DNA of 64,000 nt from a virus, in the IMG/VR virus record IMGVR_UViG_3300035181_002522, positions 64,001 through 128,000 of that record; one strand, written 5' to 3'. The translations under genes were made by a program, and so were the position numbers. Within the stretch, counting starts at the first letter, position 1; each line of letters begins with the position of its first letter. Of the stretch, positions 10,184 through 20,874 are shown piece by piece. The notes below the pieces were generated by a model. It did no database searches, was not told the DNA's origin, and saw nothing but the letters and a program-made list of their open reading frames with translations.

Positions 10184-11848
10184 TTATAAGCTCAGGTCAC
10201 CTGCTCCACCACCTGCTCCACCGCCGATGTCTAAATCACCACCAGCTCCAGGTTGTTCAGGTGGTAATCCTGAATCGCCACCTAAATCATCTTCTGGAGT
10301 AGCACCACTGCTCATATCACCTTTTTCAAGCTGCTTTGGCTTCATACTAACTGGCTTTCTTGCTTCCATTTGAATAGGGTCATAAATCTGTCTAATGTCC
10401 GTTAAAGTTGGAGTTGATTCAATACCAAGCTCTTCTTTCAGCATTTTCTCATTCATTTGCAAATCATCCTCAGAAAAGCCAAGATATTTTTTCAATTTTA
10501 AACGAGTTGAAATAACTTTGCTATCTTCGATTGACTTGAAGGTATTAATCAAATCAGTATCTAAAGCGTTTTGACGTTGAAGAGCAAATGACTGTGGCTC
10601 TGGTAAACGTAGAACAAACAGCCAATGTTCAACGTTGATGTTGATTGCTTTTAAATACTTTTTAAACTCTGCATCCATAATACATTCAACTTTGTTTTGC
10701 AACCTTCTGATATAGTTAGCAAAACGCAGCTCTTCTTGTAAAGCCATGCCAACTTTACCATTATTCATTACTGCTGGCTGCTGTTGATCGGACATCACAA
10801 AATAAGAAGATGGAATACGTAAACCATCTACGATTTTAGTTTTAAAGTATTTCAATTCTTCAAGTTCACCAAGGTTCTCACCACCAGGTAATACCTCAAT
10901 CCTAGATGAACGACCTGATGAAGTTACTGGTATGAAATAATCTTCTGAGATACTTGCAGGATTGTATGTTCCATCGATGGTATCTTTATCGTTTGAGGTG
11001 TTTGGGATACGCTTTTGGCGTAAATCATTCTTCACGCTTTCAAGATATATCTTCACACGTTGTTGAGCCATATTACCAACGTCAACATAAAATATTCGAC
11101 GTTCAGGGGCGCGAACGATACGATAGATGATGACAGAATCTTCAAGCATTGAAAGTTGTTTAAATACCCTAAAGATTGGCTGTAAGATTGATTCTCCAAA
11201 TGGAGCTGCTTCGCCCATATCGTCAGATAATGTAAAGTGAATGATAGATTCAGCAGGAACAATCTCAACATCAGTTTGTTTTGAACCAAAGCCTAAAGCA
11301 CCACCTCCATCACCTTTTAAGTGATAAGCGACTCGATTTCCATCAGGGTCAAGTTCGATACCAATAACTTTAGAAGCATCTAGGTATTCCCATTTTTTAG
11401 TATCTTTTTCTTTCTTAAAGAAACAGTCGCCATATTTACACATGATGCGTGAAATTCGAAAGATTCTGTTATTTAAATCTTGAATTCTACTCCACTGTCT
11501 TAAGGCCGCTCTTAAAGTTGTCACAATGGTTTCAGATATTTCTTCATCATCTTCCGTTTGATATTCAATCTCAAATGGTAAATTCGTTGTGTCATCGTCA
11601 TTTGAAATTTCTTCAGCGATAATGTCAAGTGCGCGCGAAATTAAAATGTCATTATCCATACTGTCGTATTGGATATAACGTTGCATCCTTGAGCCAGCAC
11701 CTTTTAATACCTGTGAGTACCAATTAATGGTACTCATTGCAGCCCCACCAGCTGAATTAAAATTTTCGCTATCAGTAGCTAATTTGTTATGATTAGTCTT
11801 TCTGGCTGATGGGGTAATAATTCTATAATAGCTTTGTAAAATTGCCAT
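10184..11848 (-). CDS. gp20: portal protein (gp20-like)
   Basis: QLSMLEDSVIIYRIVRAPERRIFYVDVGNM, EDYFIP, IEVLPGGENLGE, LRIPSSY. Confidence 0.96.
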   Translation of the reverse strand: MAILQSYYRIITPSARKTNHNKLATDSENFNSAGGAAMSTINWYSQVLKGAGSRMQRYIQYDSMDNDILISRALDIIAEEISNDDDTTNLPFEIEYQTEDDEEISETIVTTLRAALRQWSRIQDLNNRIFRISRIMCKYGDCFFKKEKDTKKWEYLDASKVIGIELDPDGNRVAYHLKGDGGGALGFGSKQTDVEIVPAESIIHFTLSDDMGEAAPFGESILQPIFRVFKQLSMLEDSVIIYRIVRAPERRIFYVDVGNMAQQRVKIYLESVKNDLRQKRIPNTSNDKDTIDGTYNPASISEDYFIPVTSSGRSSRIEVLPGGENLGELEELKYFKTKIVDGLRIPSSYFVMSDQQQPAVMNNGKVGMALQEELRFANYIRRLQNKVECIMDAEFKKYLKAININVEHWLFVLRLPEPQSFALQRQNALDTDLINTFKSIEDSKVISTRLKLKKYLGFSEDDLQMNEKMLKEELGIESTPTLTDIRQIYDPIQMEARKPVSMKPKQLEKGDMSSGATPEDDLGGDSGLPPEQPGAGGDLDIGGGAGGGAGDLSL

Positions 11849-11862
11849 ATGTTAGTGTTTCC

Positions 11863-14800
11863 TTACTGTTTCTGATGGCTAACCCATTTGCTACTTGACA
11901 TAAATGGGTCAGAGATGTATCGCTCTTTAATTCGCACTTCATCCATTTTTTGCATTGGAGAATTTGCTTTGACAAGTTTTTCCAACAGGTCAACTTGCTG
12001 TTTTTCAACCTCAAGAGTGCTACTGGCTGTAGTATTCAATGTAATCAATTGTTCAGCTAAAGCTTTAATTGTATCAGCATCAAGTTTTATGGTTTGAACT
12101 TCGTTATTAATTGATGAAGTTGCGCCGTTTGTAGATGTATTTAATAAATTAGAATTGATGCCTTTTCCAATTATCGTTGCTGAAGCTGTGGTCCCACCAT
12201 TTAAATTAGCTGCATTTAGCCCGCTCCATGCGGTCATACCTAAAGCTTTTGCTGTATCTATCGTTGCATCAGTAGCTTGATTTGTAGCTTCAACTACGGC
12301 CTGCTGTGTTTGTTTAGACTGATCGGCTACTGCAGTTGCAGTTTGTTTTTGTTTTTGTTGAATCTGCTGTTGTTTTATATGTGCATCAATAGCTGCTTCT
12401 CTAGTCGCTATAATTTGAGTTACTTCTGCATCAATTTTTTTCTTTTCTTGTTCTCTTAACTGACGCTCATCTTGTACAGTTTTATTAACCTTCCTAATAT
12501 CATCTACTGAATTATCGAAATCTGATTCAACCTGTGTCGCAAATTGACCTGCTGAAGTTTTAAAATTAGAAATAGATGTTAATAATCCTTCTGGTAATTT
12601 TTCTTTTAAGAAATCTGGGAGCATGTCAATAGCTCCTAATATTGCATCTGAAATTTTTGAAAAAACACTAACAAAACTGTTAGTCAATAATGATTTAATT
12701 CCAGAAACCCCAGAAACCCAACCTGCAATAATACTTTTACCGATATTGAAAATTTCAGATCCTGTTCCTTTTACATCGACCCAAGTTTTTTGTAAAAACC
12801 CGTAAAATTTAGAAATTGGATTTATAATTGCAGCTTCAATTTGTAACCATACTCCAGCAAAATCAATATTTGCTACTGTTTTTGTCCAATCATCTATAGT
12901 GTCATCTAAAAACCCAAAGGTTATAAATTTCAATAGACTTCCAATGCCAACTACTAATTTTTGAGCTACTGATGCAGTGCCTTCTTCTATACCTAATACA
13001 TCACTTGCATTAAACATATCAGTAAAAATTGAAATTGCTCCCATCATAATTGTCGCGATTTCGCCAACAACTGGAACTAATTTAGCAACTTTGCCTAATG
13101 CTGCGGATATTGGATTATTAATAAATGACTTTAGGAAACTGAAAATTTTAGAAAATATTCCTCCAATTTTACCTAATGCTCCAGCACCTTTTTCAGCAGC
13201 TGGTATAATTGATGATGTGGTAGAAATTGCTTCTTCAATTTTAGAAGCTGCTGAAATACCAGCTCTTCCAGTTTTTTTTCTGTCACTTACCCATCTAGTT
13301 TTTTTAGATGCAATAGATGAATTTTTTCCTGCCATAGTTTTTACGGCCGCATTAATAGAATTTTGCACTTTTGCATCAACTGCTAATTTCTCATTTATGT
13401 GCTGCATCTGAGCCAACTCATTATCAGCAGTTGACGCTATTTTATTGTTAATGTCATAACGTTTCTTAAACAGTGGTGACAGAATCTTAGGTAACATTCT
13501 GTATAATCCAGTAATAACTAATGCTATACCAGCTAAACCACGCAACATTGGATCGGTTATGATCTGTTTTAATTGACCTTCTGAATGTAAGGCTTTTGCT
13601 AAAATATCTGGTAATTTAGATAATTCTGTTAACGCTTGAGCAGTTTTATCAGACATTTCACCTACTGATTGCGCTCCAAGTTTTTGCTCTCGACCAGCGT
13701 CTAGCATAGACGCTAATGGCCCTTGCATATTATCAGTTAACACATTAGCAATATTTTCAGCGCCAAAGCTTTGCATTGACATCCTATCGAAAACTTGACT
13801 TATGTTACCCATGCTTTTTTGCAAAATAAGTTGCTCGTCAGCAGTTGCTCGTTTCCCCTTACGATAGATATCTCCAAGCTGCTTGGCGTTAGATAAACCA
13901 GCAATAGCGGCAGCTTGTTGTAGTTTAGCTGCTTGATCAAATCGTTCAGTTACTTTTTGTTTACCAATATCCTGGATTGCTAATAAAGCTTTCTGTGCTG
14001 ATTGAGCAGACATACCCATATTAGTAAATGTCTGTCTGAGTTTCATCATATCTTCAATTTTACTTTGGCGCTCATCTTCACTAATTCCATTTAATTGCTC
14101 TTGAACTGACGCACTATTAAGTAGTTCATCATTCATAGCTTTAAATTCAGCCATATTAATACCAGTAGTAGCACGCAATTTACCAAAAGCCTGAGTTTGA
14201 GCTAAAATTGCTTTATTTAATTTACTAGCATCTCTAGCATTTATTCCACTTTTTATGGTATTTTTAGTAAAATCACTAATTGCTTCAGCAGCTTGTTCTG
14301 GAGCCAAACCGAATTTTTCAAGATTCATTTGGCCAGTTCGTAAAATTTTTACAAATTTATCTCCGCCAATAGTGCCAACTAAACGAGCATTTTCTGTAAA
14401 AATTTTTGTAGCTAATTCAAAACTAACTCCAAGTTGAAATTGTGATTTTTTAATTTGAGCAAATGAGTTAATCATTCCACTGTCGGCAATAATCTTAAAT
14501 TGATCCCATGAACCCTTAACAGCGGATAACAACAAAACAAAACCTTCTGTTATTCTTCCTAATGGCGAAAGTGATCCTTGTAATAATTTTCCAAATACTC
14601 CAAATTTATCATTTATCCATTCATTAACCTTTATCATTTTGCTAGTGGTAGCTGCTAACTTTTGGAAATTAGTTATTTGAGTTTTTGTTTCAGAAATTAG
14701 TCCTTTTATCTCAGAGTTTTCTTTTCCGATCATTTCGTATCTTCTGGCAACTTGCAGAATTTCTCTTTCTCCAAGCGTTAAACTTTCTTTATCAATTGCT

Positions 14801-15390
14801 TCTTTCTTTATCAGATTATCAATTTGCTCTTTTACTTTCCCATTTGTTTCACGCATCATTCTTTCAAAAACGCCAACATCACTTGCCAATTTAGAAATAG
14901 ATCTTTCCATTTCCCAAGCTGAGTTAATAACCTTATCTGATTGTCGAGTTATTAAATCAAATGCTTTCATATTTTTATAAATTGATGATACTAATTTATC
15001 CTGTGCGTCATTAGAATAATCTATGCCCTCAATTAAACTTGCGGTATAAGAAGCTTGCTGACGAATTGTACCTTTGGTTAAAACATCTAATTTTGAAAAA
15101 CTACTATTTGCTCTATTAATGCCTTGACTATATTCTTCAAATGCTTTATTAATTGCAGAACTTTCACTTTGAATATACTTCGATGCAGTATGAAATGATT
15201 TTGATGCACCTTTCATGGCATATGATAAATCATTTGCTTGAGAGATTTGCTCATTAACTGCCTTTTTAAAGGCAGATTTTATGTGCTTTACGTGTAAGCC
15301 AGTTGCTTCATCGAGTGATTTAATATTTTTGGCAAACGCTGAAAATAATTTTTCAAATTGTTTTAAATCGACGTTGTTAGTTGCAGCCAT
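11863..15390 (-). CDS. tape-measure-like protein
   Basis: 1175 aa, helical and Ala/Gln-rich with hydrophobic Gly-rich segments; adjacent to the tail chaperone pair. Confidence 0.7.
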   Translation of the reverse strand: MAATNNVDLKQFEKLFSAFAKNIKSLDEATGLHVKHIKSAFKKAVNEQISQANDLSYAMKGASKSFHTASKYIQSESSAINKAFEEYSQGINRANSSFSKLDVLTKGTIRQQASYTASLIEGIDYSNDAQDKLVSSIYKNMKAFDLITRQSDKVINSAWEMERSISKLASDVGVFERMMRETNGKVKEQIDNLIKKEAIDKESLTLGEREILQVARRYEMIGKENSEIKGLISETKTQITNFQKLAATTSKMIKVNEWINDKFGVFGKLLQGSLSPLGRITEGFVLLLSAVKGSWDQFKIIADSGMINSFAQIKKSQFQLGVSFELATKIFTENARLVGTIGGDKFVKILRTGQMNLEKFGLAPEQAAEAISDFTKNTIKSGINARDASKLNKAILAQTQAFGKLRATTGINMAEFKAMNDELLNSASVQEQLNGISEDERQSKIEDMMKLRQTFTNMGMSAQSAQKALLAIQDIGKQKVTERFDQAAKLQQAAAIAGLSNAKQLGDIYRKGKRATADEQLILQKSMGNISQVFDRMSMQSFGAENIANVLTDNMQGPLASMLDAGREQKLGAQSVGEMSDKTAQALTELSKLPDILAKALHSEGQLKQIITDPMLRGLAGIALVITGLYRMLPKILSPLFKKRYDINNKIASTADNELAQMQHINEKLAVDAKVQNSINAAVKTMAGKNSSIASKKTRWVSDRKKTGRAGISAASKIEEAISTTSSIIPAAEKGAGALGKIGGIFSKIFSFLKSFINNPISAALGKVAKLVPVVGEIATIMMGAISIFTDMFNASDVLGIEEGTASVAQKLVVGIGSLLKFITFGFLDDTIDDWTKTVANIDFAGVWLQIEAAIINPISKFYGFLQKTWVDVKGTGSEIFNIGKSIIAGWVSGVSGIKSLLTNSFVSVFSKISDAILGAIDMLPDFLKEKLPEGLLTSISNFKTSAGQFATQVESDFDNSVDDIRKVNKTVQDERQLREQEKKKIDAEVTQIIATREAAIDAHIKQQQIQQKQKQTATAVADQSKQTQQAVVEATNQATDATIDTAKALGMTAWSGLNAANLNGGTTASATIIGKGINSNLLNTSTNGATSSINNEVQTIKLDADTIKALAEQLITLNTTASSTLEVEKQQVDLLEKLVKANSPMQKMDEVRIKERYISDPFMSSSKWVSHQKQ

Positions 15391-15452
15391 TTTTATGCTC
15401 GATAAATAGTTCTATAGACATTATATTTATCATACAAACAATAGGACAGATT

Positions 15453-16241
15453 ATGACTGATCAACAAATTAACCCGCTTCTTTCTAAACTTAAACTTCCA
15501 GGTCGTATTTTTCAATTACCATCTAGAGGACTTTTTTATTCAAATGGAGAATTAGATGCTTCAGCTACAGAGGCAGAAGTGCATGTTCACCCAATGTCAG
15601 CTATTGACGAAATAAACTTAAAAAATCCAGATATGCTTTTTTCTGGAAAAGCAATAACTTCAGTTGTCCAAAGCTGTATTCCAGACATCAAAAAACCAAC
15701 TGAATTATATGGAAAAGATATAGATGCATTAATGCTATATCTTAGATTAGTAACGTATGGAAGCGATTATGATATTACTGTTATGCATACTTGTGAAAAT
15801 GCTAAATCGCATTCATACATTATAAATTTAGAAGAAGTATTGCACAATTTGATGTATTTGGATCCAACTATATATGATGATCTTTATAACTTTACTCTTA
15901 GTAATGGTCAAAAAATTTCATTACAGCCAATAAAATATTCTCATATTTTAGATATTTTACGCGCAAATGAAGGTAAAAAGGAATTGACAGCTGAAGATTT
16001 AAAAAATAATTTAATAATGAATTTATTGAATGTGATAAAATCTGTAGATGATATTTCTGATAAAAAAATGATAAAAGAATGGATTTTGGCTGCTCCAGCG
16101 CCATTTGCAACGAAAATAGCTGAAGCTATTGAAAAAACCAATAATTGGGGAGTTAACACTGAAGTTCAAATTCAATGTAAAGATTGTGGCGAAGTGTTTA
16201 CGATCGAACTTCCTTTAAATCCTGTAAATTTTTTCTCATAA
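15453..16241 (+). CDS. baseplate hub / tail assembly chaperone (T4 gp26/gp51-like)
   Basis: LPSRGLFY, PMSAIDE, DIDALMLYLRLVTYG, CKDCG, ends PVNFFS; ATG 15453 follows AGGA RBS. Confidence 0.75.
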   Translation: MTDQQINPLLSKLKLPGRIFQLPSRGLFYSNGELDASATEAEVHVHPMSAIDEINLKNPDMLFSGKAITSVVQSCIPDIKKPTELYGKDIDALMLYLRLVTYGSDYDITVMHTCENAKSHSYIINLEEVLHNLMYLDPTIYDDLYNFTLSNGQKISLQPIKYSHILDILRANEGKKELTAEDLKNNLIMNLLNVIKSVDDISDKKMIKEWILAAPAPFATKIAEAIEKTNNWGVNTEVQIQCKDCGEVFTIELPLNPVNFFS

Positions 16242-16465
16242 ACCTCACGAGAAATAATCCTGCTGAAATAAGCAAGCTAATTACACAACTTGGGTATGAA
16301 ATACGCAATTTAATTAAAAGTTGCGTTGAACTAAGTTGGTTTTCTCGTGGGGCATGGTCCTATGAAACAGTTTTAAACATGAGTGCAGGGGAAAGAGATA
16401 TTGCTATCGAATTCATTAATAAACGACTTGAACAACAAGCAAAATCAAATTTTCCCATTTATTAA
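16233..16465 (+). CDS. chaperone C-terminal extension, probably reached by -1 frameshift
   Basis: no good start/RBS; -1 frame relative to the upstream gene at A AAT TTT TTC; LNMSAGERDIAIEFINKRLE is typical of small hub/tail chaperones. Confidence 0.6.
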
Positions 16466-16466
16466 A

Positions 16467-16852
16467 ATACTATCATACGTAATCCCATTTATGATACTAA
16501 AGAATTAACTCAAAATCAACAAAAATGGCTATGGCATTATGAAAAACTATGTGAAAGAAGTAACGTTAGAGGGATAAACAAAAAGAAAATTTCCTTTTAT
16601 GTGGAAAATCATCATCTTTGGCCAAGATGTTTCGGCGGCCTGATTATAGACCATTGGAACAGAGTATTATTGACTGCTGAAGAACATAGGGCGACTCATC
16701 ATCTATTAGTAAAAATATTCCCATCAAATAAAAAATTAGTATTTGTTGCAGCAAGGATGAGTAAAGATGGGTTAGGTAGAAAGATAAACTTAACAAAATT
16801 GGCCATAGGGATAATTTATAGACGCGAAACTAAGCAGGGAAAATGTGCTTAA
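16467..16852 (+). pseudogene. truncated HNH homing endonuclease
   Basis: ENHHLWPRCFGG...NRVLLTAEEH.ATHHLLVKIFP; start codon and C-terminus lost. Confidence 0.7.
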
Positions 16853-16953
16853 TTAAGAAAAATGATAATTAATTATCATTTTTTATAAAAAAGGATGTCT
16901 TCTTTTATAAAACTGGATAAAATATCATAACATTTTATAAATAGGAGATTGTC

Positions 16954-17460
16954 ATGACAGATTTAGATTTTAATAGATTTAACGACCGCCCAGTCTTTAC
17001 TGTATCGGAAGAAAAAATAAAAACACTTATTTTAAAAGCTAAAACGGCTGAATATTTCAAAAAAGCAAGTAGAGGGTGGGCTATTGTACTTTCATTTTTA
17101 ATAACTTTTGATGGAATTCCAGTAATATCAGAACTATTAAAAAGTTGGGGAGATTGGGGTATATTTGTTAGGTGTATATTAGTATTTTTATTTGGCTGGT
17201 TTTTGTTGCCAATTTTTTTCTATTTGACAAATTTACATTTTATTGATAGTATTAAAGATAATCTCATCTTAACTTCCAAATCAGATTATTACTGGGCAAC
17301 TTTAATATATGCATGCTTTTGGTTAACAATTTCATATTTTATATTCCCACATTATGGATGGACCGGGTTAATGATATTAGTTAGTATTTTAAACAGTGGA
17401 GCATATTTTACACGTATTAAAGAAGCTTTGCTTCAAGATTTTTTTACTTCAATTGGATAA
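16954..17460 (+). CDS. membrane protein (about 4 TM)
   Basis: hydrophobic segments; AGGAG RBS. Confidence 0.7.
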   Translation: MTDLDFNRFNDRPVFTVSEEKIKTLILKAKTAEYFKKASRGWAIVLSFLITFDGIPVISELLKSWGDWGIFVRCILVFLFGWFLLPIFFYLTNLHFIDSIKDNLILTSKSDYYWATLIYACFWLTISYFIFPHYGWTGLMILVSILNSGAYFTRIKEALLQDFFTSIG

Positions 17461-17485
17461 TAGATAAGTAACATTCATCACACAC

Positions 17486-17512
17486 AAAAAAGGCCGCGAA
17501 AGCGGCCTTTTT
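17486..17512. terminator. bidirectional rho-independent terminator
   Basis: AAAAAAGGCCGC-GAAA-GCGGCCTTTTT between convergent genes. Confidence 0.9.
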
Positions 17513-17518
17513 ATTTTG

Positions 17519-17824
17519 TTAAACTGGTTGTAAATCGCCAACAGGTTTAATTTTGCTTTTTGCAACTTTTTTCATTCGACGGTAAATACCACGAACGGTA
17601 TCATTCAATTGAATGTACGTTCCAGCGGCAACTTCAATAATGTCAAATGTTGGTTGATGGAATTCATTCAAGATCAATCCGCCATTTTCGTCACGTTTTG
17701 GCACAACTGATTTTTTGCGGTTCTTTTCAATTTCAACCACGGCTCTTTCAACAACTTCTCCACCTTTTACTTCAGCAATACCACGAGCTAATTTTCTTAA
17801 CTTTTTGGCTTGTTTCAAATTCAT
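17519..17824 (-). CDS. hypothetical basic protein
   Basis: ORF in operon. Confidence 0.65.
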   Translation of the reverse strand: MNLKQAKKLRKLARGIAEVKGGEVVERAVVEIEKNRKKSVVPKRDENGGLILNEFHQPTFDIIEVAAGTYIQLNDTVRGIYRRMKKVAKSKIKPVGDLQPV

Positions 17825-17860
17825 ATTCTTAATCCCTTAATGTTGAAAATAAAAATTATA

Positions 17861-18409
17861 TCACTCAGTTAACAGTTTTGACACCCAAAAATCTCGAAAA
17901 GGAAGTAAGTCGCTTAGTAGGCAAATCTTATCTCCGGATGGCAAAGTTAAAAACTTTGATATCGGAAGGTTGATGTTCGAACTAACGGCTGCGTAGTATG
18001 GAGTATTATTCCATTTGAAGATAACAATTCCTTGCTTATCTAGCTTGACACAATCTATCGCCACTTCTTCAAGCCATCCATAAATCGAATGTTTGCCTGT
18101 AAAGATTGAATCAAAACTGTCTGGAGTTTTGTAATGCTTACATTCAACTACAAAGTCAAATGTTTCACCGACATCTTCTTCGTTTATGCAGACTATATCT
18201 CCAACAAAGGTTTGCATAGCCGTCTTTGAAAACAAACCACCACGAGTGGCAAAGTTCTTACCGCCAACAAAGGCCCCACTTCCTGGAGTTTTAACAAATT
18301 GTAGAGGTGCTAAAGCGTTAGCTAAAAGCTTAGCAATACGTCTTTCATTTGTTGCACCTTTTGCTTTAGAATTGACACGTTTCTTTTTAACTACTTCAAC
18401 TGCGGTCAT
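17861..18409 (-). CDS. Holliday junction resolvase (Hjc-like PD-(D/E)xK nuclease)
   Basis: NSKAKGATNERRIAKLL, PGSGA, GDI, VECKHY. Confidence 0.8.
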   Translation of the reverse strand: MTAVEVVKKKRVNSKAKGATNERRIAKLLANALAPLQFVKTPGSGAFVGGKNFATRGGLFSKTAMQTFVGDIVCINEEDVGETFDFVVECKHYKTPDSFDSIFTGKHSIYGWLEEVAIDCVKLDKQGIVIFKWNNTPYYAAVSSNINLPISKFLTLPSGDKICLLSDLLPFRDFWVSKLLTE

Positions 18410-18449
18410 ATAATATCTCTTATTAGTATTCTTAATAAGGGTATTTAGG

Positions 18450-19085
18450 CTATGCTGCTAGACGATATCTTTTCTCAAAATGCGCTTTATCTAATCGTAT
18501 TAACATACGAGAATCATTCGATGGATAACCTAGGTAATCACCATGCTGAACTATAAATTGCAAACCTTTGTCATCTTTCAACTTAAGTGGAACTTGCTCA
18601 TTATATTCAAACGCAATCAACTGTCCTTTTGGAATGTACTTAACAAAACCCTCAGCATCTGGCTCAACCTCAGCAGTATCAGGCTCAAACTCAGAATCTA
18701 GCTCCTGCTTTGATAAAATCTTTAATTGAGTTGGGTTTTCTTCGTTTCGAAGAACAAATTCACCCTTTTTTGCTACACGAGTTTTTGGTACTTCACCTGG
18801 ATAATTTACCTCTATTTGCTCACCATCTTGAGCTGACCTTATTTGAACTGTTTCAGCTCGATCATATGCTACCAAAGTGCCGTCGCTTTTTGCCTTTGAA
18901 AACAATTCGACAATTTTGTCTTTAAAATCGTTTGGGTGTTTATGCTCAGTATCGTCTTCAGTTGGTTTTTTAGTTGAAGAATTAGCTTCAGGTTCATTAG
19001 CCTTTTTATCAGCTTCATCATCCAGCTTAAAGTTTAATTCATCTTCAGCTTCTTCAGCTTCTTTAACAATTTCATGCAATTTCAT
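18450..19085 (-). CDS. hypothetical acidic protein, possible internal head protein
   Basis: MKLHEI N-terminus; TAAATA upstream. Confidence 0.6.
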   Translation of the reverse strand: MKLHEIVKEAEEAEDELNFKLDDEADKKANEPEANSSTKKPTEDDTEHKHPNDFKDKIVELFSKAKSDGTLVAYDRAETVQIRSAQDGEQIEVNYPGEVPKTRVAKKGEFVLRNEENPTQLKILSKQELDSEFEPDTAEVEPDAEGFVKYIPKGQLIAFEYNEQVPLKLKDDKGLQFIVQHGDYLGYPSNDSRMLIRLDKAHFEKRYRLAA

Positions 19086-19086
19086 G

Positions 19087-20874
19087 TCATGCTTCCTGAT
19101 TGGTTATAGATTTACTATTTAAGCCATCATTAAACTTTAATTCTAGCTGAGAAAAACCTTGCTTCTTATGGACAACTAATTCTCGTTCAAAACGATTTTC
19201 AACATTTTCACGATGCATCACTATAAAGCTAGTTAAATTTTCATCTTTTGTTTTCTTCTTAAGTAAAGCAATAACATTGTCAACGCCCATAAAGTCAAGT
19301 GAAGCATCAATCTCGTCAACAAATAACAAATTGATATTAGAATGTAGATGATGTAGCACATCTCTAAATGCAAGTGACATTGCTAAATTTACTCGCTTCT
19401 TTTCACCATTTGACAGGTTTCCAAAATCTAGCACTCGACCATACTCAGATACTTCACAGCTCATGTCATCCATAAAACTTATTGTGTGTGGCAAACCGAG
19501 TTGTTCAGCGTAATCGTTCATTTGCAAATTTAAAAATGGAACAGTCTTACTGATAATTCGCTTTCTGATAAAGCTATTTTTGTCAGTTAGCAACTTCAAC
19601 ATGAATTGTTGGTGCTCAAGTCGTTTCTTTGATTTATCAAGTTTTGAATAATCAATTTCGATTTTAGTTTCTTGTTCTAAAAGAGCATATGTTTCTAAGT
19701 GCGGATTTATTGATGCCTCTAAACCGTCAAGTTTTGCATGTAAGACTGCATGGTTGCTTTTAATTTCAAGTAAAGCTGGTAAATTTGAGTACTTAATCTT
19801 GCTATCAAGTTCAGAGAATTCACCACTTAACTGAGCTTCAGCTTCTTCAAGTTGAAATACGGTTTTAGCTTTTTCTTCAGCTTCTACTTTTTGATGCTTG
19901 ATAGCTGCTTTAAGCTCTGGTAATTTATCAGCCGCATTTGGCATCAACTGTTTACAATATGGACAGTTATTATCAGCTAAATGGCTATAACTTTTTTCAG
20001 CTTCAATGAGTGAAGTACTTAATCGTTGCAAAGCTCTTCGTTCAGCAGCCAACGTCGATTTAACTTCAGTCAACAGCTCTTTAGTTTCAGCCAATGAGTT
20101 AAACTGCTTTTCTTCAGCTGAAAAGTCAATGCCTTCAATAGAAGCTAATTGCTTCTTAAGCTGTTGTATGTTCCGAACATTATTTTCTTCCCAAGCAATG
20201 GCTTTTTCTTCAACATCAGCTAAACGATTTGCCTGCAGCTTATAGGCAGTTTCTTTTTCTTTTAAGATTGCTTCTTCAACTTTAATATCTGACTCAGTGT
20301 TTTGAATTGACCGTTTTAACTTTACTGCTTTTTCTGATAATAAAGAGATGTTAAAAAGTTCTTCGATATGAGCTCGCTGAAAAGCTATTGGAAGGTCTAA
20401 GAAAGGCGTCGTGTTACCAGAAAAAACCACACAACGAGTAAACATCTCATAGCTAAAACCATAAATTGATTCAATTAGAACATCGGTCTCATTAACACTA
20501 TCTGGAGTTATGTCAACTCCATTTTTTAATAGCTTTACACCATGAGCTTCACCACGTTTACGATGTATCTCATACGCATCAGCTCCCTTAGTAAAAGTCA
20601 CAATGACTTCCATTAAGGTATTTTTTGCAGCATTTGTACTATTGATTAGTCGTGGAAGTGATATATTGCTAAAAGCTTTATTATAAATTGCGTAAACGAT
20701 TGCTTCTAATATTGAAGATTTTCCACAACCATTTTTACCACCAGTATCATGATTTTCTCCAGAGATAAATGTCAAAATGGCGTTGAAATCTGTAAAGTTA
20801 ATCTCTGTCCATGCATTACCATAGCTCATGAAATTTCTAAAGCGTATGCAATTTAATGTAGTATCTAAGCTCAT
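19087..20874 (-). CDS. gp46: recombination endonuclease ATPase subunit (gp46/SbcC/Rad50)
   Basis: FRNFMSYGN, NGCGKSS, CPYC zinc hook, LSNGEKKR signature, LFVDEID. Confidence 0.95.
   Translation of the reverse strand: MSLDTTLNCIRFRNFMSYGNAWTEINFTDFNAILTFISGENHDTGGKNGCGKSSILEAIVYAIYNKAFSNISLPRLINSTNAAKNTLMEVIVTFTKGADAYEIHRKRGEAHGVKLLKNGVDITPDSVNETDVLIESIYGFSYEMFTRCVVFSGNTTPFLDLPIAFQRAHIEELFNISLLSEKAVKLKRSIQNTESDIKVEEAILKEKETAYKLQANRLADVEEKAIAWEENNVRNIQQLKKQLASIEGIDFSAEEKQFNSLAETKELLTEVKSTLAAERRALQRLSTSLIEAEKSYSHLADNNCPYCKQLMPNAADKLPELKAAIKHQKVEAEEKAKTVFQLEEAEAQLSGEFSELDSKIKYSNLPALLEIKSNHAVLHAKLDGLEASINPHLETYALLEQETKIEIDYSKLDKSKKRLEHQQFMLKLLTDKNSFIRKRIISKTVPFLNLQMNDYAEQLGLPHTISFMDDMSCEVSEYGRVLDFGNLSNGEKKRVNLAMSLAFRDVLHHLHSNINLLFVDEIDASLDFMGVDNVIALLKKKTKDENLTSFIVMHRENVENRFERELVVHKKQGFSQLELKFNDGLNSKSITNQEA

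Noticed and set aside
11888-14894. Short antisense ORFs within tape measure, capsid, gp46 and gp6
   Set aside because: Shadow ORFs of long conserved genes, with no RBS or recognisable motifs
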